Below, one piece after another: positions 49,275 through 56,419 of a DNA stretch of 64,000 bases. A model generated the notes under the pieces. The model was not told the origin of the DNA. It saw only the letters and a program-made list of their open reading frames with translations, and ran no database searches. Numbering within the stretch: position 1 is the stretch's first letter; the number at the start of each line of letters is the position of its first letter. The translations under genes and the position numbers were made by a program. Source of the DNA: an uncultured candidate division Zixibacteria bacterium (GTDB lineage: Bacteria > Zixibacteria > MSB-5A5 > UBA10806 > 4484-95); the NCBI GenBank assembly GCA_963668625.2, contig CAXXKA010000006.1, positions 576,001 to 640,000 of the forward strand, written 5' to 3'.

Positions 49275-49544
49275 ATGGATATGCAATATGTAATTCAACT
49301 CGGACGTTCGGCTATCTACACCACCCTCCTGGTGGCCGGGCCGATGCTGGCTTTCTCCCTGATGATCGGTTTGGTAATCGCGATATTTCAGGCGATAACA
49401 CAGATTCAGGAGATGACTCTGACATTCATCCCCAAGATTATCTCGGTAGCCCTGGCGCTGATTTTATTTCTTCCCTGGATGATGAGTACGGTATTGAGTT
49501 TCACCGCCCAGATATTCAATATGATACCGGCACTGGCGCATTAA
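49275..49544 (+). CDS. fliQ: Export gate FliQ
   Basis: FQAITQIQEMTLTFIPK. Confidence 0.95.
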   Translation: MDMQYVIQLGRSAIYTTLLVAGPMLAFSLMIGLVIAIFQAITQIQEMTLTFIPKIISVALALILFLPWMMSTVLSFTAQIFNMIPALAH

Positions 49545-49594
49545 TCCCGATATCGAAGTACATTTAATATAGCAAGCCGTATCTAATATTCCTC

Positions 49595-49622
49595 TTGACA
49601 TGATTAAATAGTTATTTATATT
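49595..49622 (+). promoter_or_regulatory. sigma70-type promoter of cassette 1 (equivalents at 52018-52045 and 54452-54479)
   Basis: TTGACA-16 nt-TATATT in all three units; TGn extended -10 in units 2 and 3. Confidence 0.65.
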
Positions 49623-49805
49623 GCAATTGAGCAATATCTACAAGAGGACATACTTGACATGATACGGAATACCCCTCCCCATAATATGGAGTAGAAGCGG
49701 TCGCGGCCCGCCATATAATTTTAATATGTATATCAATTTGATATAAGGGGGATATAGAATATTTAAGACGTTTTGGTTTAAATATGCTTTCAAGGAGGCT
49801 AATAA

Positions 49806-50177
49806 ATGTATTTACGATATGCACTGATTGGATTATTAGCAATAGTATTTGCGGCATCAATGGCATTTGCGGATGGCGGATTTATAGGAGATATTTACTA
49901 TAAGGATTGCGATTGTAGTACATCCCCGGATTATGATATCGTTAAAATCAAGGATCGTTCCACAGGACAAGTTGTTTTTGAACAACAAATGATCTACATT
50001 GTCTCGCCTGGTTATTGGACAGGCGCTCAAACATTCCCTCCCGGTTCGTATGATATATGGGTGCAACTTGGGCCAAATTCTGAATGCGATCATGGTGTAG
50101 TAAAAACTGTTATTCATGGGGCAACCACTCAAACTGTCAACCTTACTGTCTTAGGGCCGGTCGAACAGGGGCATTAA
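49806..50177 (+). CDS. Small secreted Cys-containing protein, cassette 1
   Basis: AAGGAGG RBS, signal MYLRYALIGLLAIVFAASMAFA|DG, two paralogues in the window. Confidence 0.85.
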   Translation: MYLRYALIGLLAIVFAASMAFADGGFIGDIYYKDCDCSTSPDYDIVKIKDRSTGQVVFEQQMIYIVSPGYWTGAQTFPPGSYDIWVQLGPNSECDHGVVKTVIHGATTQTVNLTVLGPVEQGH

Positions 50178-50248
50178 ATATTAATCCTATATGTTTACGT
50201 AGTCAGATATTTCTCTGACTACGTATACTTTAAAGATAGGAGATTTGA

Positions 50249-51958
50249 ATGTTTATCAAGCTTTTCATGCGGGTATTAATAGCCTGTTTCATTATATTTG
50301 AATACTTATATGCTCAATCACCTGATTTATTAAATGGCTGGCCCTATATGTTTGGTGACAGTTATAATATTAGGTCTACCCCTGTTTTCTTCGGAAATGC
50401 GTTTAACGATACTCTGGCTATCCTTTTCACCGGCGAACCATCCACAATAAGCAAGTTAAACCTGTGGAACGAATTGTTTGATGGCTGGCCAATTCGAGAG
50501 GACGGTGCCAGATTCAGTTATACGCCAATAGCTGTTGATATAGATCACGACTATAAAGATGAATTTGTTGTCCTGGGATTGATGGATCAATATCTCATAT
50601 ATGTTATTGATGATGATCGTTCTATCATGCCGGGATTTCCCCTGGCTTACGATCATAATAACTTACCTAATGTTTTTGATTTTGATAATGATGGTGAATA
50701 CGAATTAGCCTATCAATCGGTAAGCGAAAGTTTAATTTATTGTGTTGATGGAAACGGCCAAATGGAGCCCGGCTGGCCCGCCGCTTACCCGGCTGACTGG
50801 GAAGGTTTTAACGGCAGGGGCACTATTGGTGATATTAATTTAGATGGCTATAACGAATTCATTATAACCGGATTGAAAAAGATTTATGCCTATCAATATG
50901 ATGGTTCGCTTTTGAATGATTTTTGTTTGGAAACAATCGATACATCTTACTATTTCAATACGAATCGTGGGTGTTGTTGCGCGGATCTCGACGATGATGG
51001 CTATCTAGAATTCCCTTTGGCAGCATCTAAAAGAGTAGGCAATACATTGAATAGCTATGTAGCGATATACGAACATGACGGTCAAATAAAGGATGGCTGG
51101 CCTTTACATTATTACAGCAGTTATGTCTGGATTATGCCTACTCCTTCCGATATTGATGGTAACGGCACAGTTGAGATAGGCTATTCGGAAAACAGCCATA
51201 CGCATTTTGTTGATATTAGCGGTAATCATCTTGCTGGATGGCCAACTGTAATCATGGCGCCTGATAATCGATGCGCTTATGCAATGAGCGATATCATCAT
51301 TGTCGATATCGATGGTGATAGAGATTCGGAGATTTTTTTCGGCTGTAACTTTAATTATCTTGATCCAGAGTGGGGATTCTGCAGTTACTTGAATGGCTGC
51401 GATCACCATGGGCAGCCGCTTGAAGGTTTTCCTCTAAGAATTCGGGGAATGTCGGATTATCTTCCACCAGCATTTTTAAGAAATAAGGTCGATGGAAGGC
51501 TGCTAATTGGGATTTCCTCACAGAACACATATGATCCCGGAGTCGATACCGCATATCTGGAGGTCTTCCAGTTTCCCGACTCAACCGGCCCGCCCGATCA
51601 ATGGCCGATGCAGGGGCATGATAACCTGATGACGCGTAACTACAATTTCGTCGATCATGTCACCGCTATCCGGGATGATGAGCAACCGCTGCCTAAAAGC
51701 TATATCCTGACTCAGAACTACCCCAACCCGTTCAATGCTGCTACCACGATTGATTTCGCGCTGCCCAAACCCGAGCATGTCACGATTACGGTATACGATA
51801 TCCTCGGCCGCAGGGTAGAGGCGCTGGTGGATGAGGCATTACCGGCGGGGAACCATCAAGTGGCATGGCAAGCTGATGACTACGCCTCGGGGATCTATTT
51901 TTATCGCATGGAGGTCGGGGATTTGACGCTGAGCCGGAAGATGCTTTTGATTAAGTAA
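50249..51958 (+). CDS. Secreted FG-GAP/VCBS-repeat protein with a C-terminal sorting domain, cassette 1
   Basis: Six D.D.DG..E-type repeats alternating with GWP/GFP, WPMQGHD, QNYPNPFN domain. Confidence 0.88.
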   Translation: MFIKLFMRVLIACFIIFEYLYAQSPDLLNGWPYMFGDSYNIRSTPVFFGNAFNDTLAILFTGEPSTISKLNLWNELFDGWPIREDGARFSYTPIAVDIDHDYKDEFVVLGLMDQYLIYVIDDDRSIMPGFPLAYDHNNLPNVFDFDNDGEYELAYQSVSESLIYCVDGNGQMEPGWPAAYPADWEGFNGRGTIGDINLDGYNEFIITGLKKIYAYQYDGSLLNDFCLETIDTSYYFNTNRGCCCADLDDDGYLEFPLAASKRVGNTLNSYVAIYEHDGQIKDGWPLHYYSSYVWIMPTPSDIDGNGTVEIGYSENSHTHFVDISGNHLAGWPTVIMAPDNRCAYAMSDIIIVDIDGDRDSEIFFGCNFNYLDPEWGFCSYLNGCDHHGQPLEGFPLRIRGMSDYLPPAFLRNKVDGRLLIGISSQNTYDPGVDTAYLEVFQFPDSTGPPDQWPMQGHDNLMTRNYNFVDHVTAIRDDEQPLPKSYILTQNYPNPFNAATTIDFALPKPEHVTITVYDILGRRVEALVDEALPAGNHQVAWQADDYASGIYFYRMEVGDLTLSRKMLLIK

Positions 51959-52231
51959 CCGCATTAATTCCGATATTCAAGTACATTTAATATAGTAAGC
52001 CGCATCTAATATTCTTCTTGACATGTTTGTTAAGGCTGTTATATTGCTGTTAAGTACAAATCATCACGAAGGACAAACTTGACATGAACCGGCATAACCC
52101 CCCCCATTATATGGAGTTTATCCGTTCGCGGCCCGCCGTGTGATTATAATCCGTGTATCGATTTGGCATAAGGGGGATATAGAATAGTCAATAGTTTTTG
52201 GTCATACGATTTCTTTTAAGGAGGCAAACCA

Positions 52232-52609
52232 ATGTATTTACGATATGCACTGATTGGATTATTAGCAATAGTATTTACTGCATCAATGGCATTTGCGGAT
52301 GGCGGATTTCATGGAACAGTCAGCTATAGAGATTGTGAATGCCATTCTGGATCATGGGATAATGTCAGGATTGTAAATGATGCAACAGGTGCTGAACACA
52401 TTGCTCGTATTCATCTTACTTATCCTACATCAGGTACTTATGGGACACAACATACGACCTTCCCCGAAGGCTATTATTCAATATCCGTAGTACTTGGAGA
52501 CGGTTCTGATTGTGATCACAGCTATGTTCAGAAGGTTTATCATTCGGATGATCCAAACGACCAAACAGTTGATTTGGTGGTATTTGGCCCAACAAGTCAA
52601 CCCCACTAG
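52232..52609 (+). CDS. Small secreted Cys-containing protein, cassette 2
   Basis: Same signal peptide, divergent mature region. Confidence 0.85.
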   Translation: MYLRYALIGLLAIVFTASMAFADGGFHGTVSYRDCECHSGSWDNVRIVNDATGAEHIARIHLTYPTSGTYGTQHTTFPEGYYSISVVLGDGSDCDHSYVQKVYHSDDPNDQTVDLVVFGPTSQPH

Positions 52610-52682
52610 GATTTTATATCTATAAGGTCGCTTTTCTATTGAAAAGCGACCTTTATGAATTAATTTATTAGGAGGCCGAATA

Positions 52683-54392
52683 ATGAAAGATGTATCAAAA
52701 CTTGTAATTTTAATTCTATTAGCTAATACATTAGCGGTTTGCCAAGCTCCAGATTTACTGCTTGGATGGCCATACCGATGTGAAACTGGTTTAGGCTCTG
52801 TGGTAGTTACACCCAGGTTTGCAGAGCAAGATTCATTTGCGCTTTATTATAACAATCGTAATGGTGAAATCATTAAATTTCGCAGGGACAACTCATACTA
52901 TCCAAACTGGCCATTCGTAGAACCTGATGTTCCTTTTCTCCATACATCGATTTTGGCCGATGTTGATAATGATAGTATACAGGAGTTTATAGTCAATTCA
53001 TCTGATTATTTATTCATAGTTGATGATACGGGCGAATTATTATTCAACAGCCCCTACTACCTTGAAAATACATCCTCGGTTTCAATGGCAGATTATGACT
53101 CGGATGGAGAGTATGAGTTTATATGTTTTTCTCGTCAGCAACGAGAGATATATTGTACAGATATATATGGAAATAGTCAGGCAGGTTGGCCAGTGACGCT
53201 GCCAGAGGATGCATGGATTTCTATAGATGGAGCCGGTTCAATCGGTGATTTGGATGATGACGGCTATTTGGAAATAGTGATTCGCGGCTTTGATAATATC
53301 TATGCATATCGTTGTAACGGAGAGATGCAACCTGGTTTTCCTATTGAAATTATTGATACGGTATATAGCTACCTGGATTGGCATGGGCCATCTTTAGCCG
53401 ATCTTGATAACGATGGCAAATTGGAGATAATTACCGCCGCATGTACTCAAGTTGATTTGCCTTGCAGTTCATATATAGCGATTTATTGTTATGACGGCAG
53501 TCTTATGGAAAACTGGCCTAAATATTATAACGATAATACTCAAATTTTTCAGGTTCCCACCGTTGCTGATATTAATAATGATGGTCTATTGGAAATAGGT
53601 TTTACATTAGCTAATGAAAATGAAGGGGGGTTGTACTTTCTTGACATATACGGAGATATTTTGCCCGGTTGGCCTTCATATATTGTAGATACTACAGGAT
53701 GGCCGGTTATCTTCGAGTCTGATATAATCGTAGTTGATATTGATGGCGACAACGATTGCGAGATTTTTGGAGATTTTAATGTTGCTTTTCCTGATAGCAG
53801 TGGGCATGGATACTACAGTAAACTGTTTGGCTTAGATCATTTGGGGAATTTATTAAGCGGTTTTCCTATAATCGTTGAAGATGTTTCACTGTCTACACCT
53901 CCATCATTTCACCTCGATTCTAATTATAGAATGTTAATGGGGCTAAACTCTGCACATTATTATGTTGAGCAAGAAATAGACTCAGTATTTGTTGAGGTCT
54001 TCCAATTCCCCGATTCCACCGGCCCGCCTGACCAATGGCCGATGCAGGGGCATGATAATTTGATGACGCGTAATTACAATTTCGTAGATCGTGTCACCGC
54101 TATCCGGGATGATGAGCAACCGCTGCCTAAAAGCTATATCCTGACTCAGAACTACCCCAACCCGTTCAATGCCGCTACCACGATTGATTTCGCGCTGCCC
54201 AAACCCGAGCATGTCACGATTACGGTATACGATATCCTCGGCCGCAGGGTAGAGGCGCTGGTGGATGAGACATTACCGGCGGGTAACCATCAGGCGCTAT
54301 GGCAGGCTGATGATTACGCCTCGGGGATGTATTTTTATCGCATGGAGGCGGGGGATTTGACGCTGAGCCGGAAGATGTTGCTGATTAAGTAA
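52683..54392 (+). CDS. Secreted FG-GAP/VCBS-repeat protein with a C-terminal sorting domain, cassette 2
   Basis: Same architecture as 50249-51958. Confidence 0.88.
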   Translation: MKDVSKLVILILLANTLAVCQAPDLLLGWPYRCETGLGSVVVTPRFAEQDSFALYYNNRNGEIIKFRRDNSYYPNWPFVEPDVPFLHTSILADVDNDSIQEFIVNSSDYLFIVDDTGELLFNSPYYLENTSSVSMADYDSDGEYEFICFSRQQREIYCTDIYGNSQAGWPVTLPEDAWISIDGAGSIGDLDDDGYLEIVIRGFDNIYAYRCNGEMQPGFPIEIIDTVYSYLDWHGPSLADLDNDGKLEIITAACTQVDLPCSSYIAIYCYDGSLMENWPKYYNDNTQIFQVPTVADINNDGLLEIGFTLANENEGGLYFLDIYGDILPGWPSYIVDTTGWPVIFESDIIVVDIDGDNDCEIFGDFNVAFPDSSGHGYYSKLFGLDHLGNLLSGFPIIVEDVSLSTPPSFHLDSNYRMLMGLNSAHYYVEQEIDSVFVEVFQFPDSTGPPDQWPMQGHDNLMTRNYNFVDRVTAIRDDEQPLPKSYILTQNYPNPFNAATTIDFALPKPEHVTITVYDILGRRVEALVDETLPAGNHQALWQADDYASGMYFYRMEAGDLTLSRKMLLIK

Positions 54393-54665
54393 CCGCATTA
54401 ATTCCGATATTCAAGTACATTTAATATAGTAAGCCGCATCTAATATTCTTCTTGACATGTTTGTTAAGGTTGCTATATTGCTGTTAAGTACAAATCATCA
54501 CGAAGGACAAACTTGACATGAACCGGCATAACCCCCCCCATTATATGGAGTTTATCCGTTCGCGGCCCGCCGTGTGATTATAATCCGTGTATCGATTTGG
54601 CATAAGGGGGATATAGAATAGTCAATAGTTTTTGGTCATACGATTTCTTTTAAGGAGGCAAACCA

Positions 54666-55064
54666 ATGTATTTACGATATGCACTGATTGGATTATTAGC
54701 GGTATTATTCACGGCATCAATGGCGGCAGCGGATGGTCATTTTACAGGAGCTGTTTTATTCCCGAAACTCTGGACTACTGATTGTGAGTGGGAATCTGAA
54801 ATGTATGTGTATGTCTACAACGTGCTCACACCGGGGAACCGGGACAGGTATCTGGTTTCCTGTTGTTATTGCCCGACCCCTGATTACGAGCACGGTATGT
54901 TTACGACCGCAGATTATCCGCCGGGAACTTACGTATTTGAGTTAATTTTACCTGCAAGCTCGGATTGCTATGTGACGAAACCTGATCCTCAATTTGTCCA
55001 TGGCATGGCCAATCAATCTATTTCTATAAAGGTTGAGCCCAGAACCCAGGGACAACCAGATTAA
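54666..55064 (+). CDS. Small secreted Cys-containing protein, cassette 3
   Basis: Same signal start, most divergent mature region, with CCYC. Confidence 0.85.
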   Translation: MYLRYALIGLLAVLFTASMAAADGHFTGAVLFPKLWTTDCEWESEMYVYVYNVLTPGNRDRYLVSCCYCPTPDYEHGMFTTADYPPGTYVFELILPASSDCYVTKPDPQFVHGMANQSISIKVEPRTQGQPD

Positions 55065-55149
55065 CTTTAATTATTAACATTATGCCGCCGGTATTATTAC
55101 CGGCGGCATTATTACAAATATGTAAGGAGATGGTACGATAAAAGCATCT

Positions 55150-55350
55150 TGCTAATCTATTCTGTTGGTGTTAGAGCTTCGGTAATGAATTTCTAACTGG
55201 AGCGGATAGGTTATAGGCTGAACTGAATGCTTGAGGCCAGACCTCGTAAAGGAGATTAATCAGACCTGTAACCGAATTGCCACCATAAGGCAAAGACCTT
55301 GAATAGGAGTTTGGTAGGCGCCGACAGAGAGTCTGCTCCAGTGATAACCA
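55150..55350 (+). ncRNA. Putative bridge RNA of the second IS110 (ends approximate)
   Basis: CTGAATGCT-tGAGG..agaCCTCg-TAAAGGAG (55223-55254) and TTGCCACCA-tAAGG..agaCCTTg-AATAGGAG (55277-55309). Confidence 0.65.
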
Positions 55351-55367
55351 TAGAATGGAGCAAGAAG

Positions 55368-56381
55368 ATGAGGTACTTAGGAGTAGACCTTCACACAAAC
55401 AGTTTGACCGTGTGTTACCTGACAGCCGGTGGTCGGGAGAGGATCAAGGAGTATCGGCTAAAGGATCTAAAGGAATTTAAACGAGGATTAAAAAAGACGG
55501 ATTGTGTAGCGGTTGAGGCCACTGGCAACACTCGTTATTTCGTTGATGAGATATCGCATTTGGTCAAGCGAGTTGTTGTCGTCGATCCGAACAAATTTGA
55601 GATAATCAAATCATCAGTCAGTAAGACGGATGAAAACGATGCCAGGAACTTAGCCTATTTTATGAGCAAAGACATGTTGCCGAAAGCCCGATTAAAGACG
55701 AAAGATAAAGCGCAGATCAGTTCACTTGTTGGGACACGGGACAAGCTGGTCAAGTTACGTACAGCTTTGAAGAATAAAATACACAACATACTCAATCATC
55801 ATGGTATCAAGAGTAAAAAGGAGGCCTACTCCAGCAACAAGAGTTTGGAGCGGGTTCTAAAGATGAATTTTGATGAGGTTGTTTCTGTTGAGCTTGAGGT
55901 ATTGGTTGATCAGATTCGCAGTTTGAATGAGGGGATAAAAAAGCTGGACAAACAGATAGAGGATCAGGGTCGCAAGTTGAACGGGCATAAGAACCTGACC
56001 AGCATCAAAGGAATCGGCAGCAAATCAGCTACAGTGTTGCTTTCGGTAATTGGTGATGTTGCTGATTTTTCGGACAAAGATAAATTGGCCTCATATTTTG
56101 GCGTAGTGCCGCGAGTTTCCAATTCAAACGAGATTCAGCATCATGGTCGGATTACCAAGCGTGGTTCTAAGATTGGTCGGACTACACTGGTGCAGTGTAC
56201 GCTTGTTGCCATACGATATAACCATTACTTGAGTAAATATTACAATCGTATAAAAAACCGTCGTGGCAGCGGTAAGGCTATCATTGCCACAGCCAGAAAA
56301 TTACTGGGAATAATCTATGACACCTTGAAAAATAATTGGGTGTTTGAAGATTTCCCTAACTTTGTGTTAGCAAACAGATAA
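55368..56381 (+). CDS. IS110 family DEDD recombinase/transposase
   Basis: YLGVDLH, VEATG, KTDENDA, SIKGIG, SYFGVVP..SNS; ATG 55368 follows GGAG. Confidence 0.95.
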   Translation: MRYLGVDLHTNSLTVCYLTAGGRERIKEYRLKDLKEFKRGLKKTDCVAVEATGNTRYFVDEISHLVKRVVVVDPNKFEIIKSSVSKTDENDARNLAYFMSKDMLPKARLKTKDKAQISSLVGTRDKLVKLRTALKNKIHNILNHHGIKSKKEAYSSNKSLERVLKMNFDEVVSVELEVLVDQIRSLNEGIKKLDKQIEDQGRKLNGHKNLTSIKGIGSKSATVLLSVIGDVADFSDKDKLASYFGVVPRVSNSNEIQHHGRITKRGSKIGRTTLVQCTLVAIRYNHYLSKYYNRIKNRRGSGKAIIATARKLLGIIYDTLKNNWVFEDFPNFVLANR

Positions 56382-56419
56382 CTGAAATTTGGAGTAGACT
56401 TTTATCATAGGAGAGTTTT

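Larger units (their letters stand above)
55128..56413 (+). mobile_element. Second IS110 family element, inserted in a Shine-Dalgarno sequence
   Basis: AGGAG at both ends (55125-55129, 56409-56413); subterminal IRs TACGATAAAAG / CTTTTATCATA; the empty site reads TAAGGAGAGTTTTATG. Confidence 0.88.

Noticed and set aside
49652-49665. 14-bp identity ACTTGACATGATAC between the cassette 1 leader and the IS110 right end
   Set aside because: A match this short is expected by chance in 64 kb, and it does not extend.
52084-52143. Leader peptide uORF (M.R..PPH.ME) in the cassette leaders
   Set aside because: Lengths differ between units and most substitutions are non-synonymous.
50196-55109. Integron attC sites
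   Set aside because: The hairpins are short perfect stems inside units, without RYYYAAC/GTTRRRY boxes or extrahelical bases; no integrase.
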